Shown: positions 19,069-32,092 of the stretch, one piece after another
How positions within the stretch are numbered: the stretch's first letter is position 1
How the letters are laid out: each line of letters begins with the position of its first letter
Assembly (NCBI GenBank): GCA_965213675.1
Contig: OZ243916.1
Span: forward strand, 1,344,001 to 1,408,000
Length of the DNA: 64,000 nucleotides
Reading direction: 5' to 3'
Origin: an uncultured Candidatus Binatia bacterium
GTDB lineage: Bacteria; Desulfobacterota; Binatia; UBA9968; JAJDTQ01
The notes under the pieces: model-generated
The model's input: only the letters and a program-made list of their open reading frames with translations
Database searches by the model: none
Told to the model about the DNA's origin: nothing
Position numbers and translations under genes: made by a program

Positions 19069-20394
19069 ATGTCGGTCATCACAGCGCTTTTCCGGCCAGA
19101 GACCCTGCTTGTGCTTCTGTGGGGAAGCCAGTTCGTCAGGATGGCGTGGCCGGGAATGGGGACGGACCACGCGGGCGCGGTCCTCGCGGCGCTGTACCTG
19201 CTGCGAGCGCTTCCGTTGCTGCGCCGCCCGACCCTCCTGCTGTGCGGCACGCTCACCCTCGCCGCCGCCTTGCTCGTCTTCCTCTACGGCGGTCCGGCCA
19301 GCGTCCTCACGGGATTCCAGGCAGCGCCGCTGTTCGCCGGCTTCTTCGGCACCATCGTGCTGTTGCGCGCCACCGGCGACCGGCTCCGCCAGATCCGGCA
19401 GGCGCGCGAACTGTTCGAACGGCTCGAGCCCGACCACCGGCTGGGCGGATTCCTGGTGGGCAGCCACCTGCTGGCGGCGGTGCTGGGCCCGGGCGCCTAT
19501 GCCGTTACGGCTCCCATCATAGGCGAGAGCAAGGTGGCGGAGGAGCATCTTGCCGCCATGCGCGCCTGTCACCGCGGCGGCGGCCTCGCGGGACTGTGGT
19601 CGCCGTTCTGGATCGCCATGGCGCTGTCATCGCAGTATGTGCCAGGGGTGCCCCTGTGGCACATCATGGCGTTGGGCCTGCCCATGGCCGCGTGCGCGTT
19701 GACCGCCGCCCACGTGATCTACGCCAAGGAGCCGGGCCTCACCCTCCTGTGGCGCGCGTTGCAAAGCCTCCACCCCATCGTGCCGCCGGTGGCGCTATGC
19801 GTCCTGTCGGTGGCGGTGGTGTCGGGTGTAACGGTCCTGTCCGGACTGGAGGCGCTGATCGTGAGCGTGCCGGTGCTGTGCGCGCTGGCGTTCCTGGGAC
19901 GGCGCGGGCGCGACCTCGCGGCCACCCTGGCCGACACCTACCGGGGCACGGCCCACGTCGGCAACGAGGTGGCCATCCTGACCCTCTCGCTGGCCCTGGG
20001 CGGCGTGATCCGCCACATGTTCGCCCAGACCGGCGTTACCGCCTGGATCGGCGCCCTCGATCTGCCCGCCATGGCGGTCATCGCCCTCGTGATCGGCGTC
20101 ACTGCCGTGGCCGCCCTCGCCGGTGTGCACCAGGTGGTGACCGTGTCGCTGCTGCTGACGGTCTTCACCGAGCTTCCGGTGCGGGTCGCGGATCTCGTGC
20201 TCATCGAAAGCACCCTCGCGGCCTGGTCGTGCTCGGCCATGATCGGGGTCTCCTCCATCATGGTCGCCACCGCCACCACCCTGTTCCGCGTTCCACTGAG
20301 CCAGGTCATTCTCGGTCCCAGCCTCCGGTTCACCGTCCTTTTCGCCGCTGGCGCCACCCTCGTGCTGACGGGCGTGAACGCGCTGCTGATGTAG
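19069..20394 (+). CDS. multi-pass membrane protein, putative transporter
   Basis: About 11-12 hydrophobic segments; LWSPFWIAMA motif. Confidence 0.65.
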   Translation: MSVITALFRPETLLVLLWGSQFVRMAWPGMGTDHAGAVLAALYLLRALPLLRRPTLLLCGTLTLAAALLVFLYGGPASVLTGFQAAPLFAGFFGTIVLLRATGDRLRQIRQARELFERLEPDHRLGGFLVGSHLLAAVLGPGAYAVTAPIIGESKVAEEHLAAMRACHRGGGLAGLWSPFWIAMALSSQYVPGVPLWHIMALGLPMAACALTAAHVIYAKEPGLTLLWRALQSLHPIVPPVALCVLSVAVVSGVTVLSGLEALIVSVPVLCALAFLGRRGRDLAATLADTYRGTAHVGNEVAILTLSLALGGVIRHMFAQTGVTAWIGALDLPAMAVIALVIGVTAVAALAGVHQVVTVSLLLTVFTELPVRVADLVLIESTLAAWSCSAMIGVSSIMVATATTLFRVPLSQVILGPSLRFTVLFAAGATLVLTGVNALLM

Positions 20395-20605
20395 GCGCGC
20401 ACGGCTGCGCCGCGCCCCCAAGGGTTTCCGGATCCAGTGATCCCGGACAAGTCAGACCCCGGATCGAGTCGGAGATGACCGCAGGCAGGTCCGGGATGAA
20501 GCAAGGGCAAGCCCGGGACCACCGGCGCCCTGGCAACTTTGACCGTCCGGCGACCGATGTGTTAGTGTGCTGACTCCACCGGACCTTGTGTCCACGGGAA
20601 CTTGC

Positions 20606-21898
20606 ATGGAATCGAGCCCACAGCAGGACATCGTCGCAAAGCACCGGGAATACCTGTTCTCCTGCGTCGCCAACTACTATGAAGAGCCGCTGGTGGTGGA
20701 CCACGCCAAGGACTCGCTGGTCTACGACGTGGACGGGCGCGAGTACCTGGACTTCTTCGGCGGCATCGTCACCATCAGCGTGGGCCACTGCAACGACACG
20801 GTGGTGGCCGCCATCGAGGAGCAGATCCGCAAGGTCCAGCACACATCCACGCTCTACCCCACCGAGCCCCACGTGCGCCTGGCCGAAAAGCTTGCGGCCA
20901 TCACGCCCGGGGCGCTGCGGAAGTCGTTCTTCACCAACAGCGGCACCGAGGCCAACGAGACCGCGGTGCTGGTGGCGCAACTCTACACCCGCTCCCACGA
21001 CGTCATCGCATTGCGCCACGGCTACAGCGGCCGCACCCAACTGGCCATGAGCCTTACCGGGCACTACACCTGGCGCCTGACCCCCACCGCAAGCCCGAAC
21101 ATTCATCACATTCCCAACGCCTATTGCTACCGCTGCCCGTTCGGGCTCACCTATCCCAGTTGCGACCTCAAGTGCGCCAGAGACCTGGAGAGCGCCATCC
21201 AGACGGCCACGTCCGGGAAAGTAGCCGCCTTCATCGCCGAGCCCATCCAGGGGGTCGGCGGCTTCATCACGCCGCCGCCGGAGTATTTCCGGGAAGTGGC
21301 CGACATCGTGCACAAGTACGGCGGTCTGTTCATCTGCGACGAGGTGCAGACCGGCTGGGGCCGCACCGGCGGCAAGATGTTCGGCATCGAGCAGTGGAAC
21401 GTGGAGCCGGATGTCATGACCTTCGCCAAGGGCATGGCCAACGGCGTGCCCATCGGCGGCACCATCACCCGCCCGGAGATCGCCGACAGCGTGCAGGGCC
21501 TGTCCCTCTCCACCTTCGGGGGCAATCCGGTGACCTGCGCCGCGGCGCTGGCCACCATCGAGGTGGTGGAGAACCAGGGACTGGCGGCCAACGCGGCAGA
21601 GCGCGGGAAGCAGCTCCGGGAGGGTCTGCTGGGTCTCCAGCAGAAGTACCCGCTCATGGGCGACGTTCGCGGCATGGGGCTCATGCAGGCCGTGGAAATG
21701 GTGGGGCCGGACAAGGCCCCGAGCCCGGAAGCCGTGGCCCGGCTGTTCGAGCTGACCCGGCAGAACGGCCTGCTCATCGGCAAGGGCGGACTCATGGGCA
21801 ACGTGATCCGCATCACCCCGGCGCTCACCGTCACCAGGGAACAGGTGGACGAGGCGCTGGAGCGGCTGGACCGGTCGCTGGGACAGATGGGACTATAG
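20606..21898 (+). CDS. class III PLP aminotransferase (AGXT2/GabT-like)
   Basis: YLDFFGGI, NSGTEANE, AEPIQGVGG, DEVQTGWGRTG, FAKGMANG, STFGGNP. Confidence 0.93.
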   Translation: MESSPQQDIVAKHREYLFSCVANYYEEPLVVDHAKDSLVYDVDGREYLDFFGGIVTISVGHCNDTVVAAIEEQIRKVQHTSTLYPTEPHVRLAEKLAAITPGALRKSFFTNSGTEANETAVLVAQLYTRSHDVIALRHGYSGRTQLAMSLTGHYTWRLTPTASPNIHHIPNAYCYRCPFGLTYPSCDLKCARDLESAIQTATSGKVAAFIAEPIQGVGGFITPPPEYFREVADIVHKYGGLFICDEVQTGWGRTGGKMFGIEQWNVEPDVMTFAKGMANGVPIGGTITRPEIADSVQGLSLSTFGGNPVTCAAALATIEVVENQGLAANAAERGKQLREGLLGLQQKYPLMGDVRGMGLMQAVEMVGPDKAPSPEAVARLFELTRQNGLLIGKGGLMGNVIRITPALTVTREQVDEALERLDRSLGQMGL

Positions 21899-22030
21899 AA
21901 CGTGTCGTTCGTAAATCGTTCGTGCTTCGACTTGACTTGGCGGACCCGATCCCGAGCCCTTCGGCACGCTCAGGGCAGGCTCGCCGGACGCCCCGGAACA
22001 AATCGCGCCGCGCGCGTTCACCGGAGACAT
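21896..22030. repeat. intergenic repeat-derived segment with REP-like core
   Basis: Begins at the TAG stop (TAGAACGTGTCGTTCGTAAAT); contains CCCTTCGGCACGCTCAGGGCAGG at 21957-21979. Confidence 0.35.
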
Positions 22031-22035
22031 GACGG

Positions 22036-23024
<989 letters not shown>

Positions 23025-23028
<4 letters not shown>

Positions 23029-23864
23029 TGGGCTGGCGGCGCTACACGAAGGTTATCAGCGGCGGCATCATCGTGCTGGTACTGTGCATCTGCGGTTTGG
23101 GAGCACCCCTGCTCGCGCCGTTCGACCCCCAGGAACAGAGTCTGGAGCAGCGCCTGCGGCCGCCGTCGCTGGACCTGGGCGCCAACCCGCACCTCATGGG
23201 CACGGACAACCTGGGACGCGACCTGCTGAGCCGGGTCATCTATGGATCGCGCATCTCGCTCATGGTGGGAGCCGCCACAGTGTTCCTGGCCGGCATACTG
23301 GGTTGCTTTCTGGGCGCGGTGGCGGGCTACTTCGGAGACATGATCGACGAGATCATCAACAAGACCACCGAGATCTTCCTGGCGTTCCCGTTCCTGCTGC
23401 TGGCCATCGCCATCATGGCCTTCCTGGGCCAGGGCCTGGTGAACCTCGTCATCGCGCTGGTGCTGAGCCGTTGGGTGCAGTACTGCCGGGTGGTCCGGGG
23501 CGAGGTATTGTCGCTCAAGGAACGCGAGTTCGTGCAGGCCGCCCGGGCGCTGGGGGCCAGCAACCACTACATCATCCTGCGCCACGTGATCCCCAACACG
23601 CTGCCCAGCGTCATGGTCATCGCCACCTTCGCCATGGCCGTGGTCATCATCACCGAGGCGAGCCTGAGCTTCCTCGGCCTGGGCGTGCCGCCGAGCATCC
23701 CCACCTGGGGCTCCATGCTGAGCGAGGGCCGCAGCTACATGTACCGCGCCCCCTGGCTCACCATCTTCCCCGGCATCGCCATCTTCATCACCGTCCTGGG
23801 CATCAACCTCCTCGGCGACGGCCTGCGCGACATCATCGATCCCAAGCTCACCCGTTCCCGTTGA
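23025..23864 (+). CDS. peptide/nickel ABC transporter permease (DppC/OppC type)
   Basis: GTDNLGRDLLSR, EFVQAARALGAS, LSFLGLG, NLLGDGLRD. Confidence 0.93.
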
Positions 23865-23949
23865 AGACGCCGTTCGTTGCGGACGGGATACACGCGCGCA
23901 GCCTGCCCGAAACCCACTCCGCCGGCTCGCACGGCGCCTCATTGAACGC

Positions 23950-23979
23950 AAAAGGCCCCCCTCCACCAGGAGGGGGGCC
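23950..23979 (-). terminator. intrinsic terminator for the minus-strand gene ending at 24015
   Basis: 11-bp stem GGCCCCCCTCC/GGAGGGGGGCC with 4-nt loop; AAAA on + gives a U-tract on -. Confidence 0.75.
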
Positions 23980-24014
23980 CCCAACGTCCGAAAGCCCGAG
24001 GGCGGGCAGCCCCG

Positions 24015-24503
24015 CTACTTCGGAAACTTGCCCGGGTCACTACGGCCCAGCAGGGCCTGCCCCACGACATCGACCCACTTGATGGACGCCTCGTCCATGA
24101 TCTTGGCCTCCCCAGACCCCGGGTAGTGCGCGCAGAACGGACTCGCCGGGTCCGCGGTGATGCCGTCGCCTGCGGCCACGCGCATCAACCGGCAATCCAG
24201 CGACTCCCACCAGGCGCCGACGCTGTCGAAACCACCCTTGCCGTAGATGGACGCGGCCGCGGCATCCACCAGCTTCTTCGTGTCGCCGGCCAGCTTGCCG
24301 TAGGGCTTCTTGGCCGCCTTGGCCTGTGCCTCCGTCGCCTTGTCTCCGTGCAGTGCGTTCACCATCTGCTCGGGACTCAACTTGTTCCACCAACGCATAG
24401 CCGAGCCCTCGTCCGCCAGCGCCGCGGGAACCGCAGCAAACGCAAGGGCCGCGCCCACCCCCAACGCCACCAGCCACCGTCCGTATCTGCCATCACTCAA
24501 CAT
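24015..24503 (-). CDS. secreted hypothetical protein with two WWxxL motifs
   Basis: AAAGGAG RBS, Sec signal peptide ending ALA-D, own terminator, biased codon usage. Confidence 0.75.
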   Translation of the reverse strand: MLSDGRYGRWLVALGVGAALAFAAVPAALADEGSAMRWWNKLSPEQMVNALHGDKATEAQAKAAKKPYGKLAGDTKKLVDAAAASIYGKGGFDSVGAWWESLDCRLMRVAAGDGITADPASPFCAHYPGSGEAKIMDEASIKWVDVVGQALLGRSDPGKFPK

Positions 24504-24715
24504 CGTCTCTCTCCTTTCGTGAAACGCCCCCATCAAAACGCCCCTTCAGCGGACTCCAAACCTCCAGGAAACCGGGAATTGCGTCCCGCCCGGGGCTGTC
24601 AGAACTATGGCATACCCTACCCGAGTTTCAACCGAACCGCCGCGCCCCGAATCCGGACGTGGCAAGATGGCATTCCGGCCTCCTTTGTCATTTCCGCGAA
24701 CACGACCGGAGGGTG

Positions 24716-26545
<1,830 letters not shown>

Positions 26546-26611
26546 CGAACTCCGCTCCAGCGGAACGCCACCTGCGCCGCCGCGCAAGGGAAACGAGTCA
26601 TGCGGGACACG

Positions 26612-28267
26612 TCAGTGGATGAGATCGCCCTTGCGCGCCTCGCCGACCATGTAGTCGCACACGCGGAAGGCGTTGGCCTCGATGGTGAGGGTGGGATTCA
26701 GCCCGCCGGAGGTGACGAACACGCTGGCGTCCATCACGAAGAGATTGGGCACGTCGTGGGAACGGCACCACTTGTCCACCACCGAGGACTCGGGGTCGTC
26801 GCCCATCCGGCAGGTGCCCATCTGATGGTTGTGGAGCTTTCGTGTCTCGGGCTTGGGCACGATGATCCGGGTGGCGCCCGCGGCTTCGTAGATCTCCCGG
26901 GAGCGCTCCCCCAGGTAGGTGGCGAGGCGGACGTCGTTCTCGTGGCTGGTGTAGGTGATGCGCGCCACGGGCAGGCCGTAGCAGTCGGTCAGGTCCGTAT
27001 CCAGATCCACGGCGTTGCTCTCCACGGGAAGGCTCTCGCCGGTACAGTGGCTGTGCAGGTAGTGGCGCCAGGTGGCGCGCATGGAGTCCTTGTGCTCCTG
27101 GCCCCAGCGTTTGCCGTGGATGGGCCGCAGCGCCAGCTCGATGGGGTCGCCGCCGTGGGCGCGGGGGTGCATGAAGCCGCCGCGTATGAAACCCCGGCTG
27201 GAATCCGTCTTGTAGAAGTCCTGCAGCACCCGCGTGCTGGAGGTGCCCTTGTGCCCGTCCAGCGGCTCGGGGAACGTCACCACCAGGGTCACCCCCGGTG
27301 AGTGAAACATGAGGTTCCTGCCCACCAGGCCACTGCGGTTGGCCAGACCCTGGGGGAAGCGGGCGGACTCGGACATGAGCAACAGGCGCGCGGTCTCCAC
27401 GCCGCCCGCGGCCATCACCACCAGCCGGGCCGGCTGGTGCTCCTCCTCGCCCTCGCCGTTGAAGTAGGTGACGCCCGAGGCTCTGCCGTTCCGGTCCAGG
27501 GTAATCTCCCGCGCCAGGCACAGCGGACGGATCTCCAGGCGGCCGGTGGCCAAAGCCTTGGGCAGCATCGACTCCAGCGTGCTGGACTTGGCCCCCACCG
27601 GACAGCCGTAGGCCGAGCACATGCCTTTGCCGATACACCCGGGCCGGCCGTCGTAGTCGCCGGTGAGGATGGCCAGGGGCGTGGGGAACGGATGCAGGCC
27701 CAACTTGCGCGCGCCCCGCTCCAGGGCCGCGCCCGGGCTGTTGCGCGCCGCCGGCCCCACCGGGTAGTCGCGCTTGCGCGGCGGATCGAAGGGGTTGGAC
27801 CAGCCCTGCCCCGAGATGCCCACGGTCCATTCCGCCTTTTCGTAGAAAGGCTCCATCTCCTCGTAGGTGATGGGCCAGTCCTCGATGGTGGTCCCCGCCA
27901 CCGGACCGTCCTCGGACTTCACGCGGAAGTCCGATTCGTGAAAGCGCCAGGACAGGCCGCTGTAGTGGATGGTGCCGCCGCCCACGCACATGGCGTTGGA
28001 AAAGGTCTGGGTCTTGGTGGACAGGACCTCGGCCGGGGTGTCCCCGTCGGGCCGCCAGGTGCGCGGCTCCAGTTCCACCGTGGGCCAGAAGAAGTTGCGC
28101 CGCTTGTACAGAAGCTCGTCGCCCAGGGCGAAGTCCTCGCGCTTGTACCAGGGGCCGCGCTCCAGCACGCACACGGTCATGCCCGCTTCGGCAAGTTCCT
28201 TGGCCGCCACCAGTCCCGACGCTCCGCCTCCCACGATGCAGACATCCACCGTCTCGCGCTGTGCCAT
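26612..28267 (-). CDS. GMC family oxidoreductase (gluconate dehydrogenase flavoprotein-like)
   Basis: GGGASG, GGGTIHY, GRNLMFH, HQMGTCRMG, NPTLTI.ANA. Confidence 0.92.
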   Translation of the reverse strand: MAQRETVDVCIVGGGASGLVAAKELAEAGMTVCVLERGPWYKREDFALGDELLYKRRNFFWPTVELEPRTWRPDGDTPAEVLSTKTQTFSNAMCVGGGTIHYSGLSWRFHESDFRVKSEDGPVAGTTIEDWPITYEEMEPFYEKAEWTVGISGQGWSNPFDPPRKRDYPVGPAARNSPGAALERGARKLGLHPFPTPLAILTGDYDGRPGCIGKGMCSAYGCPVGAKSSTLESMLPKALATGRLEIRPLCLAREITLDRNGRASGVTYFNGEGEEEHQPARLVVMAAGGVETARLLLMSESARFPQGLANRSGLVGRNLMFHSPGVTLVVTFPEPLDGHKGTSSTRVLQDFYKTDSSRGFIRGGFMHPRAHGGDPIELALRPIHGKRWGQEHKDSMRATWRHYLHSHCTGESLPVESNAVDLDTDLTDCYGLPVARITYTSHENDVRLATYLGERSREIYEAAGATRIIVPKPETRKLHNHQMGTCRMGDDPESSVVDKWCRSHDVPNLFVMDASVFVTSGGLNPTLTIEANAFRVCDYMVGEARKGDLIH

Positions 28268-28327
28268 CGATTCCTCCACTGAATGACCCTTGCCCTGCCC
28301 GCTCACCCGCGCGCGCGGCGGGGACAA

Positions 28328-28944
28328 TCAGGATGCGTTTTCCTTCTTCGGCTGAGCGAACTCCTCGGGCTCGTTGGCGTCGTACCAGCCGTAGGGTTTC
28401 TCATTGCCCTGGGGGAAGCTCGGGCCGGGATATTCCAAGGTCTGCCAACCCACGCGGTCCTTGTTGCCGCCATGCCGCGGATGGCCGTAGAAGCCCTCCA
28501 TGGTATGGGTCAGCAGCAGCGTGAAGAACGGGTCCTTGCGCTGGTCCAGCACGGCCAGCACCTGATCCGGCCCGCGTCTTCCAGACCGCAAAAGTCCTTG
28601 CCCGAACCCGACTCCGCCGCCAGCCGGTCCAGCTCCAACACCCCGTCGCGATAGGCCTGGACGTGGCGGCTGCCCGTGCCGTGGAGCTTGAACAGCGTCG
28701 CCTGCTGCTCCTCGGTGCGGCCGCCCATGCCGCCGAGGATGAAGTTGGCGTACTCCTTCTTCTCCCTGGGGCTGATGTCCGTGTCCACATCCTCGTCCGC
28801 GGCCAGGAGGCCCTCGATGTAGTCGATGACTCCCGCCTCCCGCGCGCCCGCCGCCTCGTCCGACGGCACGATGCGCGCCGCCGCCGCCTCGATGGTGGCG
28901 CGTTCATGGACTGAAAGGACCGTATCTGAATCCGCGTCGCTCAT
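28328..28944 (-). pseudogene. gluconate 2-dehydrogenase subunit 3 family protein, split by a 1-nt deletion near 28567-28571 (pseudogene or sequencing error)
   Basis: N-half (ARIVPSD..GAREAGVIDYI) and C-half (TMEGFYGHPRHGGNKDRVGW..YPG) lie in different frames; 617 nt is one base short of a full frame. Confidence 0.8.
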
Positions 28945-29467
28945 GTCGAACCTGCTTTCCGACCTTCCTTGATCCGCTTCGCTGCCGGACTTCCCACGCC
29001 CGCCGACACCCACCGGGAGCGCGCAAGCCATCCACGAGGCACCATACAACAGAGGAAACGAAGTGAGAAGCATTCGGGAATGCAATGCGCGTACTCCAGC
29101 GCCGAATACCCCCTGACGCGGGACCCCGGCACAGGGCGGTCGGCGACAAGAAACGGATGAGGGATGTGCTTGCGCCAAGGCGGAGCCAGTGCGTACAGTT
29201 CACGACGAAGCTGGTGAATGCGCCCGGAACGGGTCCAGGGCGCCCGTTGGCGCCGGATCCCCACCGGGTCGGCGCCCCCGCAAAGCAGCAGTCCCGTCTC
29301 GAACACGGGTTCGTTGGCGACGACGTCGAGCCGTTGAGCAAATTTGATTTGCAAGACAACCTGCTATTGTCCATTGACAACAACGTTCCGGCCTTCCCAG
29401 AGTGACACTGAGCTGGAGTTGTCACGCAAGATTGCCCGCTCGACTCTCCGCTTCCCCACAGGTTCAC

Positions 29468-30997
29468 ATGATCCGTTCCCCCTCCCCGCCTTCCCTTCAT
29501 GCGGACTACCCTACCTCCACGGCCCAGTGGTCCCTGGTGGTCCATCGGGTGAGCAAGACCACCGCGGAGGTCTGGGTGGGAACGCTGTTCCCGACCTTGA
29601 AGATGCCGGAGCGTGCGCGTGTGCGGCTATTCCGGGACGGCCGGGAGGTGCGTTCGGCACCGATCACCCTATCCGACTGGCAACGTCCGTTTCGGGGCAT
29701 GCGGCGGCGCTTCTACAAGGTCGTGACCTTTCGGCGGCTGGAACCTGGAAGCGCGTACCGGGTCACGTTCGAGCGGCTTGTTGACGACAGCAAGGCCCAT
29801 GGCGCTGTCCGCCGCTGGCAGGGGCTGCGCGCGGGCGCGTTCCGCACACTGCCGCCGCGCCTGCCCCGTAAGGGCGACGGCGCTTTCACCCTCGGTCTCG
29901 GGAGCTGCTTCTACCCTCATCGCGACGGGGGCCGGGCAGCCGCCGCCTACCGGGCGCTCTGTACGCACGACGACGATACCGTCCGCCCGGACATCACGGC
30001 GCTCACCGGCGATCAGGTCTACCTGGACGTCGGTTTCGATTCCCTGTCCCTGATACCGCAGGAGATCCGCGAGCGCGTCGCCGACGACTACGCCCTACAC
30101 TGGCAGGCCCTGGACGGCATCTTCGGCCATGGCGGCACCTGGATGCTGCCCGACGACCACGAATACTGGAACGACTTCCCGTTCACAGACTCGCCCATCC
30201 CGGCCCTCTGGTCCCTGCGTTTCCCCCATGTCCGCCGGCACTGGGAGGCGGTGGCGCGCGACGGCGTCATGAATGTCCAGCGCTCGCCTGTGGTGGAGAC
30301 GGTCGCCATCGGAGACGACGTGACCCTCTGCTTCGCCGACCTGCGCTCCCACCGCACGGAAGCGGCCTTCCTCCCCGAAGCGCCCTTCGCCGCACTGCTG
30401 GACTGGGCGCGCCACAGGACCGGCCCCGGCATCCTCGTGATTCCCCAGCCGTTGATGGTGCGTCGAAGCCGCGCGGAGCGGAACCTGCTGAGCTACCGGC
30501 GCCAATACACCGAACTGCTGAACGCCCTGGCCGCCGCGCCCCACGACATCGTGGTGCTGAGCGGCGACGTCCACTTCGGGCGCATTGCCAGTGTCCCCAT
30601 GGGCGCGTGCGGCGCGCGGCTCTTCGAGATCATCTCCTCGCCCCTGTCGAACCTCACCGGACTCAACGGCGTCGCCGCCAACACCGCCACGGGCCGGCCC
30701 GAGAGCTTCCCCGCCGCTCCCATCGCCAACCAACTGGGCTGGCCGCCACGCAAGGTGAATCATTACAAGGACCGCAACGGACGCGGGCGTTTCTTCGTCT
30801 CCACCCGCAAGGGCCGCCTGCTGTCGGACTATCCCAGGACGCGCACACGGGAACACTTCATGACCGTGAGCCTGTGCCGCGCGGACGGCGGCGGCATCGA
30901 ACTGACAGCCCAAGCCTGGCTGGTGCGCGAGCCAACCGGCCCCGGAGACCTGCCGGCCAAGGGCTTCCGGCGCCCGTTCCGCACGGTGTTGCGATAA
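29468..30997 (+). CDS. PhoD-like metallophosphatase
   Basis: GSCFY, GDQVYLD, DDHEYWND, DLRS, SGDVHFG motifs. Confidence 0.8.
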   Translation: MIRSPSPPSLHADYPTSTAQWSLVVHRVSKTTAEVWVGTLFPTLKMPERARVRLFRDGREVRSAPITLSDWQRPFRGMRRRFYKVVTFRRLEPGSAYRVTFERLVDDSKAHGAVRRWQGLRAGAFRTLPPRLPRKGDGAFTLGLGSCFYPHRDGGRAAAAYRALCTHDDDTVRPDITALTGDQVYLDVGFDSLSLIPQEIRERVADDYALHWQALDGIFGHGGTWMLPDDHEYWNDFPFTDSPIPALWSLRFPHVRRHWEAVARDGVMNVQRSPVVETVAIGDDVTLCFADLRSHRTEAAFLPEAPFAALLDWARHRTGPGILVIPQPLMVRRSRAERNLLSYRRQYTELLNALAAAPHDIVVLSGDVHFGRIASVPMGACGARLFEIISSPLSNLTGLNGVAANTATGRPESFPAAPIANQLGWPPRKVNHYKDRNGRGRFFVSTRKGRLLSDYPRTRTREHFMTVSLCRADGGGIELTAQAWLVREPTGPGDLPAKGFRRPFRTVLR

Positions 30998-31003
30998 TCT
31001 GAG

Positions 31004-31084
31004 TGGGCCTCGCAGGGCGTGATGAACGGCGTTGGATTGACGACCGTCGGACGCCTGCTTGGCCACCGCCAGCGGGAGACCACC
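31004..31084 (+). pseudogene. tyrosine recombinase C-terminal relic
   Basis: Translates WASQGVMNGVGLTTVGRLLGHRQRETT; homologous to QGVMNGVCLPTVGKLLGHRRLATT at about 37250-37325. Confidence 0.75.
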
Positions 31085-31966
31085 TCACTCTATCCCAAAG
31101 GCCTCACCCTTGATCCCTGCCCACACGAATGCCGGAAGCGCCAAAAAGCTCTCGTCCACCATGATCTGCGACCTGACGCCTAATTCGAGCAATTTGAGCA
31201 ACCTGCACATTTCCTTTCCGTCAATCAAATCCAACGGGGGCGCTCCATCCCGCACGGCTTCCTGAACGGCGTCCTTGGTGAAGTGGCCGGTAATGAGAAA
31301 CAGTCCCTTGTCTGTTCGCCCCACCATGGCACCTCGGAAATCACGGATTAGGCCCGCACCGACGGCGCCGTCGTACCGCTTACATTGAAAGAGCACGTGA
31401 AACGACAAAAGGTTGATACGCAGGACACCTACTCCATCGATGCCGCCGTCTCCCGTTCGGCCGGTGACCTCTACGTTTGTGAAGCCCGATTCTCGCAACA
31501 GCCGTTGACAAAGGCGCTCGAACGCCTCCGGCTTCATGCGCTTTAGGACAGACAGCAAGTTGTCTTCCCAGCTCTGTCCGTTGATGGTTGGTTCCGGATC
31601 GTTGTCGGGGTCAACTCCGTTCTTTCGCTTACGTGACCCTGCTGCTTGGGCCGTCTTGTCGCATTCTCTGACTTGTTCGTCTGAACCAAGACTTCGTCCA
31701 AGGTCCGTTAACGACCATATTCCTCGCTTGCTGTTGACGACAGCGCCCATCAGCTTGAGCCGGTTTCGCGCCCAGGCTGCACGGTAGTCAATCTCGGACT
31801 GGGGACCACTCCCGTGACGGATCTCAAGGACCTCGTCGGAAAGCTGCATGATCGCAGCAATCCCTCTCGAGATTTCCTGGATTGAAGCGGATCCGCCAAA
31901 CTCGACCAAAGCCTGTATGGTGGACCACATCAAGTCAATCTGAGTTGGTACTTTCGGGTCCCTCAC
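31085..31966 (-). CDS. mrr: Mrr-family type IV restriction endonuclease
   Basis: Mrr_N winged helix (YRAAWAR..LK..G....RGIW) and Mrr_cat (FERLC, GDGGIDG, FQCKRY). Confidence 0.9.
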   Translation of the reverse strand: MRDPKVPTQIDLMWSTIQALVEFGGSASIQEISRGIAAIMQLSDEVLEIRHGSGPQSEIDYRAAWARNRLKLMGAVVNSKRGIWSLTDLGRSLGSDEQVRECDKTAQAAGSRKRKNGVDPDNDPEPTINGQSWEDNLLSVLKRMKPEAFERLCQRLLRESGFTNVEVTGRTGDGGIDGVGVLRINLLSFHVLFQCKRYDGAVGAGLIRDFRGAMVGRTDKGLFLITGHFTKDAVQEAVRDGAPPLDLIDGKEMCRLLKLLELGVRSQIMVDESFLALPAFVWAGIKGEAFGIE

Positions 31967-32092
31967 GTTGCCCCCTCGTTCGTCAACTGAGTAGTGTCCA
32001 GGTTCGGAACCGACCGCCGAGAATCCGTCGGATTCCTCCCGTCGGCACCAATATTCGCCCCCGCCGCCGGTGTCAGGGAGCCTGCGGCCGCA

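Noticed and set aside
28560-28600. Programmed ribosomal frameshift in the gluconate dehydrogenase subunit 3 gene
   Set aside because: No slippery heptamer at the break and no precedent I know of for this family
28950-29460. Gene or riboswitch in the gap between the GMC partner and phoD-like genes
   Set aside because: Short ORFs have no recognisable motifs, and I could not match a known RNA structure
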